A stretch of 64,000 nt of DNA from Candidatus Terrybacteria bacterium RIFCSPHIGHO2_01_FULL_48_17 (GTDB lineage: Bacteria; Patescibacteriota; Minisyncoccia; Terrybacterales; 2-01-FULL-58-14): the NCBI GenBank assembly GCA_001822835.1, contig MHSS01000015.1, positions 2,113 through 66,112 on the forward strand, read 5' to 3'. Position 1 is the stretch's first letter, and every line of letters begins with the position of its first letter. The notes under the pieces were generated by a model. That model did no database searches, was not told where the DNA came from, and saw nothing but the letters and a program-made list of their open reading frames with translations. Shown one piece after another: positions 20,015-29,172 of the stretch. A program made the position numbers and the translations under genes.

Positions 20015-20725
20015 TTATTCGGGCTCGGTAAGAATTTCTAAAACATCCCCATCCTCAACGCCGTATTTTACCGCCCATTCTGAAAGATAAGCGCGGGAAC
20101 GTTCAGAAAATTTTCTGCCTCCCAACAACTCTTTTTCTTCCTCAATATATTGACGTATGCCCGACGTTACAATCTGTCGACGTTCATTGGGATCCAGCTT
20201 CTCAAGAATTGGGTGCATTTCCGGCCAATTTAATATTTCTGAAAATTTCTTGCGTTGTACCGATAAATCAAAAAATTGTTGTGCTGCGTGGCGAGACATC
20301 TTATCGAACTCTTCCCTGTCTTCCTGAGTGACAAACTCCCCGAATACACGATTAATTGGCACCGCCCGCTCTAAATGCCGACGCAACAACAGAAATTGAT
20401 CCGGGGAAAGGCCTTCGTGGAGGTCTTGAAGTTTTCTATACTCTTCAGGATCGCGCAGGCGCTGATATTCAGACATATGATACTCAAAATAATTGCGCGC
20501 AAAATCTGCAATTTCTCGCGACGTCAACTCGTCTTTTAATCCCCCCTTCAGCAACAACCGCTGCGCATACTCAAAATTGTTTTGCTGTACGGCCTCATTA
20601 AACTCCGCCGTTCGCTCTTCCATGAGTTTTCCCCACTCCGTTCCGGCATAGGACCGGTTAGATAATACATCCCACCTTGTATTGAAAGGTTTTCCTCCTT
20701 CAAGTTGCGGGCCGTGTTCGGGCAT
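20015..20725 (-). CDS. Hypothetical acidic helical protein
   Basis: 236-aa ORF co-oriented with the kinase-like gene and 7 bp from it. Confidence 0.65.
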   Translation of the reverse strand: MPEHGPQLEGGKPFNTRWDVLSNRSYAGTEWGKLMEERTAEFNEAVQQNNFEYAQRLLLKGGLKDELTSREIADFARNYFEYHMSEYQRLRDPEEYRKLQDLHEGLSPDQFLLLRRHLERAVPINRVFGEFVTQEDREEFDKMSRHAAQQFFDLSVQRKKFSEILNWPEMHPILEKLDPNERRQIVTSGIRQYIEEEKELLGGRKFSERSRAYLSEWAVKYGVEDGDVLEILTEPE

Positions 20726-20774
20726 AGATTATCGTCGCAGCAGCTTACTATGGGGATCCGATCCCCATATTCGA

Positions 20775-22034
20775 TTACGAGATACGCTCAAAATTAACAT
20801 AGGGACGCAAGATATCAGGTACGACTATGGATCCATCGTTTTGCTGGTAATTCTCGATAATGGCGATAAGCATACGACCAATAGCAATCGCAGTTGCATT
20901 AAGCATGTGCACATAGTCGGTTTTGCCGGCTTTGTTTTTATATCGCACATTAATCCCTCGCGCCTGAAAATCTGTGGTATTTGAGGCCGAGTGCGTTTCG
21001 CGATACTCTCCCTTCCCGCCATTCTGCCCCGGAAGCCACGTTTCAATATCAAACTGGTGAGCATCGGTCCATCCCATATCGCCCGTGCATATCTCTACCA
21101 CGCGATACGAAAACCCAAGTCCCTGCACTAATCGTTCCTGCCATGCAACAAGACGCTCGAGTTCCTCTTCAGAATCTTCTGGCTTGGCGAAAACAAACAT
21201 TTCAAGCTTATCAAATTGATGCACGCGCAAAATCCCTTTTGTATCTTTTCCGTAAGAACCAGCTTCCCTGCGAAAACATGTTGAGAACCCAAGATACCGC
21301 TTGGGCAGCTCGCTTTCTTTCAGGATCTCTCCGCTATGCATAGGACCAATAGTGTGCTCTGCGCTCCCCGCAAGATAAAGATCATCTTTTTGCAGATAAT
21401 ACCGATCCTCTTCTTGATCCGCGGCAAGACGCCCCATGCCACGAAACATTTCCGGCTTTATCATGGAAAGTGCGATAACAGGCGTAAAACCCTCAGACAA
21501 CAGCAAATCCTGACCATAGCGAATAAGCGCAAATTCAAGAAGCGCTACTTCGTTTTTTAAAATGCCAAACCGCGTGCCAGCCACTTTTGCACCCCGTTCC
21601 ATATCAATAAGATCAAGATCTTCTGCGAGCGTAAGATAATTTTTTGGTTTAAACGAAAAATCTATTTTTTCTCCCCCCTCGCGCACCACTTTGTTGTCGC
21701 ATTCATCTTTCCCCTCAAGCATTGATACCAACGGAAGGTTGGGCAACTGTAAAAGCGTTTGCCCGAGCTTTTGCGAAAGATCTCGTTGTGTTGGTTCAAG
21801 ATTCTTAAGACGCACCTTAATATCTTCGGCATCTTTTTTCTTGTCATCGTCTCCCTCCGCAATATCCTTGCTTAATTGATTCAGCACCGCGCGCAAATCT
21901 TCAAGTTGTTTAAGTATCTGGCGATGTTCCGCATCAAGGGCAAGCAAAGCATCAATATCGACATCAGCACCTTTTCTGCGAAGGCCATCTTTCACAATAT
22001 TTGGGTTTTCCCGGATGAATTTTATGTCTAACAT
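20775..22034 (-). CDS. serS: Serine--tRNA ligase
   Basis: MLDIKFIREN, FRREAGSYGKDTKGILRVHQFDK and IIENYQ motifs. Confidence 0.97.
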   Translation of the reverse strand: MLDIKFIRENPNIVKDGLRRKGADVDIDALLALDAEHRQILKQLEDLRAVLNQLSKDIAEGDDDKKKDAEDIKVRLKNLEPTQRDLSQKLGQTLLQLPNLPLVSMLEGKDECDNKVVREGGEKIDFSFKPKNYLTLAEDLDLIDMERGAKVAGTRFGILKNEVALLEFALIRYGQDLLLSEGFTPVIALSMIKPEMFRGMGRLAADQEEDRYYLQKDDLYLAGSAEHTIGPMHSGEILKESELPKRYLGFSTCFRREAGSYGKDTKGILRVHQFDKLEMFVFAKPEDSEEELERLVAWQERLVQGLGFSYRVVEICTGDMGWTDAHQFDIETWLPGQNGGKGEYRETHSASNTTDFQARGINVRYKNKAGKTDYVHMLNATAIAIGRMLIAIIENYQQNDGSIVVPDILRPYVNFERIS

Positions 22035-22037
22035 AAA

Positions 22038-22073
22038 TACTACAAAATACGGATCTGTACGAATATACGAATA
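22038..22073. repeat. 36-bp TACGAA-rich repeat, copy 1
   Basis: 33/36 identical to 61751-61786. Confidence 0.75.
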
Positions 22074-22091
22074 GGTTTTAACATATAACGA

Positions 22092-22697
22092 TCATTGGCG
22101 AAAATAGTTTTGAATTTCTGGCAAAAGGGCGGCAAGGGCTCGACGGCGATGGCTTAGCTTCGCATTTTCTTCTGGGGTAAGTTCCACCGCATATTTTTTA
22201 AGACCAGGAAGGTAAAAAATAGAACGGTAGGGATACCCTTTATCGCGCTGCGGGTGCGCTTCTTTAGTAATAATCCCCGGCAGCGATGCCTCATAAGACG
22301 CAACCTCGCCCCGTGGTGTCGCAAAAGTAACAACGGTACGAAATTGTGCCTGCCGTTTCCCTTCGGGCACATCGGACATTTGTTCAAGACAGTATTCAAT
22401 AAGTTCTTCGTCCCCAGCCGTATAGCCCGGCCAGCGGCGCGATTTAATGCCGGGTTCTCCTCCTAATGCTTTAATTTCCAGTCCCCCGTCATCTGCAACA
22501 GCAGGCATATTAAAATGCTGTGTATATATTTTTGCTTTCAGAATCGCATTTTCTTCAAATGTTTTTCCTGTTTCCTCGACTTCAGGGACGTCCCTAAAAT
22601 CGGACAGGGCAATAATTTCTAGGCCTTCCAACACGGAGAAGACAGTTTTCAAATCACGAAATTTTGCCGGGTTTGCTGTCGCAAGCAATAATTCCAT
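22092..22697 (-). CDS. rdgB: Non-canonical purine NTP pyrophosphatase (RdgB/HAM1 family)
   Basis: ATANPAK, EETGKTFEENAILKA, ADDGGL and SHR motifs. Confidence 0.9.
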   Translation of the reverse strand: MELLLATANPAKFRDLKTVFSVLEGLEIIALSDFRDVPEVEETGKTFEENAILKAKIYTQHFNMPAVADDGGLEIKALGGEPGIKSRRWPGYTAGDEELIEYCLEQMSDVPEGKRQAQFRTVVTFATPRGEVASYEASLPGIITKEAHPQRDKGYPYRSIFYLPGLKKYAVELTPEENAKLSHRRRALAALLPEIQNYFRQ

Positions 22698-22706
22698 TGC
22701 ATTATC

Positions 22707-22931
22707 TTATTTCAATAGATTCCATGGAAAACTGTCGCGAATGCAAGCGCCGCTCTTATCTGGATAAGAAGGACCGGTCGTTTTGCAAAAATAGCCATCA
22801 GGACACTCCCAACCACCTATGCCGCCGCAAATTGAACCCTCTGGCGCCCTCCCTGTACGAACGAGAATAAACAGGCCGACCAGGAGAAAAATAACCAACA
22901 ATACGATAAATATCAGAAGCTTTTTTGTCAT
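22707..22931 (-). CDS. Small membrane-anchored Cys-rich protein
   Basis: N-terminal TM helix, then CGGIGGWECPDGYFC...PDKSGAC. Confidence 0.65.
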   Translation of the reverse strand: MTKKLLIFIVLLVIFLLVGLFILVRTGRAPEGSICGGIGGWECPDGYFCKTTGPSYPDKSGACIRDSFPWNLLK

Positions 22932-22940
22932 GCTTATTCT

Positions 22941-24419
22941 CTATCCCCTCTCCCCTGTTTTTGGTTTCATCGTCGGAAACAAAATTATCTCCCGCAAGCT
23001 CGGGGCGTCAGTTAACAACATCACCAAACGGTCAACGCCAATACCAAGACCTGCCGCTGGCGGCATGCCGTATTCCATGGTTTCCAAATATTCTTCGTCC
23101 AAACGTTGCGCTTCTTGGGAGCCGGCTTTGCGCGCTTTCTCTTGTTCTTCAAATCGCCTACGCTGCTCAATAGGATCATTGAGCTCGGAAAACGCGTTGA
23201 CAATTTCCATCCCGCCAACTACGAGCTGAAAACGGTCGGCAACCTCCCCTCCTACGCGTCGGGATCCCTCGCTCTGGCTCGGGACTTTTGCTTTTGCCAA
23301 AGGAGAAAGCTCAAGCGGATGCTCAATAATGAAAGTTGGATTCCATAAGTGTTCAAGGCATCGTTTTTTAAAAATTGCGTCGAGTTGTTCTTCACGCGTG
23401 GGTTGTTCTTGTATGTCGACACCCACCTGCTCCGCCTGTTTTGTGATTTCCGCATATGACGCATTTGCGATATCAAGGCGCGCATATTTTTTTAGTGCCG
23501 CAGCAAAAAGCAGTTTAGTGAATGGTCTCTTAGACACAATCTCCTTTCCACGAAATAAAATAGGTTTACCCCCCTTTGCTTTTTTTACAATGTTTTCAAA
23601 AATGCTTTCGACAAATTTCATAAGACCTTCGGCATCCTGATACGCCCAATAGGCCTCTAAAATAGTAAATTCGGGGTTATGCGTTGCATCCATTCCTTCG
23701 TTCCGGAAAGCTGTCCCGAGCTCAAATATCTTTTCAAACCCACCTACCAACAAACGCTTCAAATAAAGCTCTGGTGCAACACGAAGAAAAAGATCTAAAT
23801 TAAGGGCATTAAGATGGGTTTTGAAAGGTCTTGCCGATGCGCCACCAGGAATCGATTGTAGCATGGGTGTTGCAACTTCCATAAAACCCTTGTTCATAAA
23901 TTCCCGCCTCAACAGCTCAACGATATTTGCGCGCGCTACAAAACGTTGACGTACATCGTCGTTCACTAAAAGATCGAGCGCGCGGTTGCGATACCGCTCT
24001 TCAATATCTTTGAGCCCGTAAAAATGTGTTGGGGGCGGTACAAGCGCTTTTGCTAAAAGCCGACTTTCTTTCACCTCGAGTGTCTCTTCTCCCCTCTGTG
24101 TCTTAAAAGGAACGCCCTTTGTCCATATAAAATCCCCCGTCTCAAGCGTCTCTACGGCCTTGTTAAAGGCCGTCTCTCCCATTACGTCCCTACGAAGGAG
24201 TAGTTGCAGTTTTCCGGAAGCATCCACCACATCCATAAATACCGCGCCGCCATGCCCCCGTGTTGCCATAATTCGCCCAACAATTGAAATACTCTTTTTG
24301 CTCTTGGCTAAGGATAAAAAACGTTTATGAAGACCGCCAATCTCCACGCGCCTAACCGCCTTACCAGGATATGCGGCGTGTTTGCTGCGCAATAAACGAA
24401 GTTCTTCTTTCCGTTCCAT
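22941..24419 (-). CDS. lysS: Lysine--tRNA ligase (class II)
   Basis: GGASARPF, LRVAPELYLKRL, FRNEG and GMPPAAGLGIGVDRL motifs; start at ATG 24419. Confidence 0.97.
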   Translation of the reverse strand: MERKEELRLLRSKHAAYPGKAVRRVEIGGLHKRFLSLAKSKKSISIVGRIMATRGHGGAVFMDVVDASGKLQLLLRRDVMGETAFNKAVETLETGDFIWTKGVPFKTQRGEETLEVKESRLLAKALVPPPTHFYGLKDIEERYRNRALDLLVNDDVRQRFVARANIVELLRREFMNKGFMEVATPMLQSIPGGASARPFKTHLNALNLDLFLRVAPELYLKRLLVGGFEKIFELGTAFRNEGMDATHNPEFTILEAYWAYQDAEGLMKFVESIFENIVKKAKGGKPILFRGKEIVSKRPFTKLLFAAALKKYARLDIANASYAEITKQAEQVGVDIQEQPTREEQLDAIFKKRCLEHLWNPTFIIEHPLELSPLAKAKVPSQSEGSRRVGGEVADRFQLVVGGMEIVNAFSELNDPIEQRRRFEEQEKARKAGSQEAQRLDEEYLETMEYGMPPAAGLGIGVDRLVMLLTDAPSLREIILFPTMKPKTGERG

Positions 24420-24504
24420 CCTTTCAAGAATAGCGTATTTATGGGTAAAAATGAAGCGGCGAGCCGCTGAAGCCCGCATTCCCCCATGATACAAAAACTT
24501 GTTT

Positions 24505-26553
24505 TTAGGCAGGTTCTTTTGGTTGAGGATAACGAGCAAACAAACGCGCAAGCGCAGGCAATAGCACCAGGGCGGTTGCCGCTGCACCAGCAGTCATCAA
24601 CGCAATCAGAATACCAAGCTCCTTAATAGGAGGAAACGAGGAGAAAAGATACACCAGAAATGCAGCAATAGTGGCAATGGCATCAATAAGAATGGGTTTT
24701 CCGGTTGTTCTTCCGATTTCTGCAAAATCGTCGGGTGTGCATGCTTTTGTTTTCCGTGCGTGATCGAGGAAATGCAGACCAAAATCAAGCCCGATGCCAA
24801 CAGCGATGCCAGTAATTAATGCCGTCGCCATGGTCAATGATATGCCAAGCCACCCCATGGCGCCAAAAGTAAGGACAGTTGCAAGAATAAAGGGCAATGG
24901 CGCCAGCACTCCAAAGCGCAGGGCGCGAAAAGCAAAGATACAAACCAAAAGAGCGATTATCACTGATGCAATAATATTATTAACTTGTCCTCGTATCATG
25001 ACGTCATCTTGCTCGGCAGCAAGCGCCATATCTCCTGCCGTAGCAATTGTAATACCCGGAAGATGGGATTGGCCGGCCTTCAGAACCATTTCGCGAACAC
25101 TCCGGATAACATTGCTTTCGGTAGAACGAAGCCGAATGCGCAAAAGTGCGTAACGATACGATTCATCAAAGGGGTCGCCGAGTTTTTCCCATTGCGGAAT
25201 TACTATTCCGATATCGGGATTCGTTTGAAGGGCACCAACGTATTCCTGGAACGCAATGATCTCTTGCGGATCTGTAAAAATCCCCTCCGTTTTCCCATCA
25301 AGCAACACAACCATAGAAGCTGCCCCGCCAAAAGATGAACGCAAAATCTTATCGGCAGCCCGTGCCTCGTGATCGCTCGGAAAATAGGCAATGAGATCTG
25401 ATCCTACTTTAGGGGGTAAGCCAACAAGCACAAAAATGCTTACGGCTATTACCACGCCCGTCACTAAAATTGGATACGTGGAAGAAAAACGAGCAATGCT
25501 TGCGGCAAAAGCACCCAACGTTTTATCGATCGCAAGCTCGATTAAGCCCACGATTTTCCGTACCGTTCCTTGCTTTGGCGCCACCGGTCCAGTCCCAAAC
25601 ATCATCAATACCGCTGATCCTCCCCCTAAAGCAAAAAGTGCGGTTAAAACTGTCCCGATCGACGTGACAATCCCAAACGTCCGGATGGTGGTAATGGGAA
25701 AGGTCCCCAATGTTGCAAACCCAACTGCCGCAATAGCGCTTCCCCACAAAACCGGCCAAGCGCTTTGATGCAAAGCGGAAGTAAGTGCTTGGAGAGGATT
25801 TGCCCCTTCACGTCGCAAATCCTGGAAATGCACAAAAAGATATACAATATAGGGACCGCCGAAGGCAATGAGTATTAAGGGAGTAAGCATAAGGATCAAC
25901 GATACCCCAATTCCAAAGGCCCCGATACCGGCAAACATAAGCGCTACAACGGTAGCAAGCAGGAAAAATGCGCCAATCGCCAACATGATTTTCCTAAACG
26001 ACATCCAAAATACGAAAAACATTAGGCCGAATGAAAGCGGCAAAAGCAACATAAGGTCACGCGCGATACCATTTTGGATGTCATGCACTAATACTTCCCG
26101 ACCAGTCAGCAAAACTCTTCCTACTCCGACACTTTCTAGGGCACGCCGCATAGACGGGATCATAGCAAGAATTTCATCGCTCAAGGTTGCATCGATTTCC
26201 ATTGGAACCAATACTGCCCGATCATTGGCAGAAGGTTGACAATCCGTAAACCAAACTCCTGGATATTGTGCAAATGAAAACGCCTTTTCACAAATATCGA
26301 GAAAAGTGGTTCGTTCAATTGGGTTTTCGGATGTCACGACAAAGGCGATTGTCTCTCGCTTGCCCACGGCCCGTTCAATAAACGAAAAATCCTGGAGTAC
26401 GGAATTATCATTAGGAAGGTCGCGATCGATGGGAACGCGAGAAACATGAAGGGTTCCGACCGCGATAGCAATGGAACCGATAAGCAAAACGGCGAATCCC
26501 AAAAGCGCTGCAAAACGAAACCGCATTGCAAGAAATGTAAGTTGTGAGATCAT
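24505..26553 (-). CDS. MMPL/RND family transporter
   Basis: Two TM bundles with GIGLDFGLH in the second repeat. Confidence 0.85.
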   Translation of the reverse strand: MISQLTFLAMRFRFAALLGFAVLLIGSIAIAVGTLHVSRVPIDRDLPNDNSVLQDFSFIERAVGKRETIAFVVTSENPIERTTFLDICEKAFSFAQYPGVWFTDCQPSANDRAVLVPMEIDATLSDEILAMIPSMRRALESVGVGRVLLTGREVLVHDIQNGIARDLMLLLPLSFGLMFFVFWMSFRKIMLAIGAFFLLATVVALMFAGIGAFGIGVSLILMLTPLILIAFGGPYIVYLFVHFQDLRREGANPLQALTSALHQSAWPVLWGSAIAAVGFATLGTFPITTIRTFGIVTSIGTVLTALFALGGGSAVLMMFGTGPVAPKQGTVRKIVGLIELAIDKTLGAFAASIARFSSTYPILVTGVVIAVSIFVLVGLPPKVGSDLIAYFPSDHEARAADKILRSSFGGAASMVVLLDGKTEGIFTDPQEIIAFQEYVGALQTNPDIGIVIPQWEKLGDPFDESYRYALLRIRLRSTESNVIRSVREMVLKAGQSHLPGITIATAGDMALAAEQDDVMIRGQVNNIIASVIIALLVCIFAFRALRFGVLAPLPFILATVLTFGAMGWLGISLTMATALITGIAVGIGLDFGLHFLDHARKTKACTPDDFAEIGRTTGKPILIDAIATIAAFLVYLFSSFPPIKELGILIALMTAGAAATALVLLPALARLFARYPQPKEPA

Positions 26554-26617
26554 TCGTTCCCCATTTTAAGATTATTATGAACTTACTATACCACAAGACA
26601 AATCCTCCGATACTACA

Positions 26618-26641
26618 AACCCCGCCGTAGGGCGGGGTTTT
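26618..26641. terminator. Intrinsic terminator after greA
   Basis: AAACCCCGCC-GTAG-GGCGGGGTTT. Confidence 0.7.
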
Positions 26642-26642
26642 G

Positions 26643-27107
26643 CTAGGTCACCGCGATTATTTTCCAGCGTACCTTACCGTCGGGAGCGGTTGCTTCAACC
26701 GTATCCCCAGGTTTATGTCCCAAGAGCACCTTTCCCAAAGGGGATTCATTTGAAATGCGCCCCTCTTCTGGCTGCGCCTCCTCGCCTCCCACAATCGTAA
26801 AGGTTTTGGGCTTATTTCGCGCCCCCTCTCGTTCAACGACCACGGTCGAGCCAATACCTATTGCACCTCCATTTTTTTGGGGCGAGATTATTTCTGCCTG
26901 TTCCACCATCGCCTCAAGCTCAACAATCCTACCTTCAATAAATGCTTGCTCTTCTTTCGCTTCCTGGTACTCCGCATTTTCCGAAAGATCGCCAAACGAT
27001 ATTGCGCGCTGTAATTTTTCAGTAAGCTCTTTCCTCCGATTTTTCTTGAGATCCAAAAGCTCCTCCTGGATTCGTTGGAGCCCTTCTTTGGTTACATAAT
27101 ACGGCAT
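26643..27107 (-). CDS. greA: Transcription elongation factor GreA
   Basis: GDLSENAEY and ISNESPLG motifs; start at ATG 27107. Confidence 0.96.
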   Translation of the reverse strand: MPYYVTKEGLQRIQEELLDLKKNRRKELTEKLQRAISFGDLSENAEYQEAKEEQAFIEGRIVELEAMVEQAEIISPQKNGGAIGIGSTVVVEREGARNKPKTFTIVGGEEAQPEEGRISNESPLGKVLLGHKPGDTVEATAPDGKVRWKIIAVT

Positions 27108-27108
27108 A

Positions 27109-27243
27109 CCCCGCGAGAAGCTCACCATCCGTTTCATGGCCGTAAAAACCAACGGGTTTTTACAACAAAGAGAAAGAATGGCCACTATTTTTATTAAACA
27201 ATAATAAGCATCGCCTGTGCTGCCCCACAATTTTCTAACGGGG
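27109..27243. mobile_element. MITE-like element at the greA start codon
   Basis: Ends CCCCGCGAGAAG and TTTTCTAACGGGG (imperfect inverted repeat); flanked by a direct CATA at 27105-27108 and 27244-27247. Confidence 0.65.
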
Positions 27244-27284
27244 CATAAGTATAAATAAAAGTCCCAATGTCACAATCTCCGCCT

Positions 27285-27311
27285 GCGCGGCCGAACTTTC
27301 GGCGGACAGGC
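27285..27311. repeat. REP-like short palindrome
   Basis: CCTG.GC.GCCGAA-CT-TTCGGCGGACAGG imperfect hairpin in the intergenic gap. Confidence 0.45.
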
Positions 27312-27371
27312 AAATGACCAATGGGAACGTATACGATAGTGCTCTTTATTATTCACCATCGCGGCCTTATG

Positions 27372-28127
27372 TCAAGGCCGTATTATCCGCAGCCGCCTTC
27401 TCCGCCATTCGAATACTTTCTGGTGGTTGCCGGAAAGCAGGATCTTTGGAACTCGCCACATAATCCTTTTGTTTTTGGGATTAGGGAAAAATGCTTCCGG
27501 GCGAGTGTAATGTGGATATTCGCCCTGAACCAGATCGCGCCGTCGCGCGGACGGTCCAAGGCTACCCCGAACCGTACCACGCGCACGCGGTTCTGGTTCG
27601 GGGCGCCAGCCGAAAGAAAACGACTCCTCCTTTAAAGATTCCTTGTTTCCAAGAACTCCCGGCAGCAACCGGGCCACGGCATCAACGACTACCATAGCAG
27701 GAACCTCTCCACCTGTCAGCACATAGGGTCCAATAGAAATTTCTTCATCTGCAATGTACTTTCTCACACGCTCATCAACCCCTTCGTACCTACCGCAGAT
27801 TAATATTAAATGCGACAACGCCGCATAGCGTTTGGCCGTCTTTTGAGTAAATTGTTTCCCGCCTGCAGAGAATAAGACAATTTTTGTCTTCCTTTTTTTC
27901 CGCAATGCTTGTACAGCGCGAAAGATAGGATCGACTTTCATCACCATACCTGCCCCCCCACCATAGGGACGCGCATCAGTGACTCTGTGAACATCGTGAG
28001 CCCAACGGCGCAAATTATGAATGGAAATTGAAAGATGGCGCGCTTTTTGGGCGCGTTTAAGTATAGATTCGGCAAAATATGACCGAAATATGTCTGGGAA
28101 AATGGTAAGAATGTCAACGTAAAGCAT
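27372..28127 (-). CDS. trmD: tRNA (guanine37-N1)-methyltransferase TrmD with a ~27-aa insertion
   Basis: PYGGGAGMVM, CGRYEGVDER, SIGPYVLTGGE, EYPHYTRP and LLSGNH motifs. Confidence 0.96.
   Translation of the reverse strand: MLYVDILTIFPDIFRSYFAESILKRAQKARHLSISIHNLRRWAHDVHRVTDARPYGGGAGMVMKVDPIFRAVQALRKKRKTKIVLFSAGGKQFTQKTAKRYAALSHLILICGRYEGVDERVRKYIADEEISIGPYVLTGGEVPAMVVVDAVARLLPGVLGNKESLKEESFSFGWRPEPEPRARGTVRGSLGPSARRRDLVQGEYPHYTRPEAFFPNPKNKRIMWRVPKILLSGNHQKVFEWRRRRLRIIRP
27521..27605. repeat. 85-bp imperfect palindrome inserted in frame in trmD
   Basis: Arms CGCCCTGAACCAGA... and ...TCTGGTTCGGGGCG. Confidence 0.75.
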
Positions 28128-28211
28128 CGCAAAAATCAATGCATAACCGAGAACCCCCCATTGTCGATTGGAAACGGGGGGTTCGCATCTGTGAGATATC
28201 GAGTGAAACAA

Positions 28212-28550
28212 TTAGGACTCTTTCAAATCTTCCACGACTTTAGCCATGTCTTCGGCTGAAGTTTGGGGCCTCTGCAAGCGGCGTCCTGCATACCCGCCTT
28301 CGGGTTCCTCAATTTTAAGATTAACCCGGGCGTGATGCCGTAACCCCACGATTCTCAACAGAGTACGTAAGGCCTTTGCAGTAGCACCGTGGCGACCGAT
28401 CACCTCACCCATATCCTCTGGATGGGTTTTAAGAGTAAGCAATACGCCCATCTCGTCAACTCTACGATCGACTTTTACATCTTCGGGGTGATCCACAATG
28501 GCCTTCACTACAAATTCCACGAAATCTTTATCGCTCGGAAGTGCAGCCAT
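28212..28550 (-). CDS. khpA: KH-domain RNA-binding protein (KhpA/YlqC)
   Basis: DMGEVIGRHGATAKALR; sits between rpsP and trmD. Confidence 0.88.
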   Translation of the reverse strand: MAALPSDKDFVEFVVKAIVDHPEDVKVDRRVDEMGVLLTLKTHPEDMGEVIGRHGATAKALRTLLRIVGLRHHARVNLKIEEPEGGYAGRRLQRPQTSAEDMAKVVEDLKES

Positions 28551-28729
28551 AGAAATTACAGATATATCAGAAAAACAAGTGCAAGAGGAACAGCGCGACC
28601 TTTATTCAAGCACCACCATATTGTGGTGGATTACCGCAAAACATCCATCTGCTCCAGCACGTAATACCTATATAGCAAATAAAGAAAAATTTGTCAAGCC
28701 CCAAAAAATTTAGAAAAAGGAGCCGCCCA

Positions 28730-29128
28730 TTAGGCATCCTTGTCAGATTCCTCGACTGAAACTGCAGCGCTTTCTCGCGGATTCTCATCGACAGCCGTAG
28801 CAACTGCTGTTTCTTCTTGTTGTGATTCTGCCGACTGCGCGCCTGGTACATCTTTTTTCGCCGCGATTGCGTGCACGGGGCGCTTTGGTCCTTCTACAAT
28901 ACCCGCTCGTACCAACAAATTCCAAACGGGACTCGAAACTTGCGCGCCTTCTTTTATGCGGCTTGTTATTCGCTCCTTATTAATCTCGAAGGTTTTTTTA
29001 AGAGGATTATACCAGCCAAATTTTTCTATGTATTTGCCTCGGACTGGTTTTGACCGCTTCGGAACCAGCACCACCCGGAAAGCAGGTTGGTGCCGACGTC
29101 CGAATCTCATAAATCGGATTGTAAGCAT
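28730..29128 (-). CDS. rpsP: 30S ribosomal protein S16
   Basis: MLTIRFMRFGRRHQPAFRVV, G.YIEK.G.YNP and GAQ.S motifs. Confidence 0.93.
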   Translation of the reverse strand: MLTIRFMRFGRRHQPAFRVVLVPKRSKPVRGKYIEKFGWYNPLKKTFEINKERITSRIKEGAQVSSPVWNLLVRAGIVEGPKRPVHAIAAKKDVPGAQSAESQQEETAVATAVDENPRESAAVSVEESDKDA

Positions 29129-29136
29129 CGCAGTAC

Positions 29137-29165
29137 ATTGTGAGGCAACATCCAAATACTGTCAA
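29137..29165 (-). promoter_or_regulatory. sigma70 promoter of rpsP
   Basis: TTGACA-17 bp-CACAAT ending 8 nt before the ATG. Confidence 0.6.
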
Positions 29166-29172
29166 TATCAAG

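Noticed and set aside
24420-24587. N-terminal extensions from the ORF track (lysS, efp, greA, trmD, nadK, Nudix, rmuC)
   Set aside because: The extensions overlap neighbouring genes, promoters or the MITE; family homology begins at the downstream starts used above
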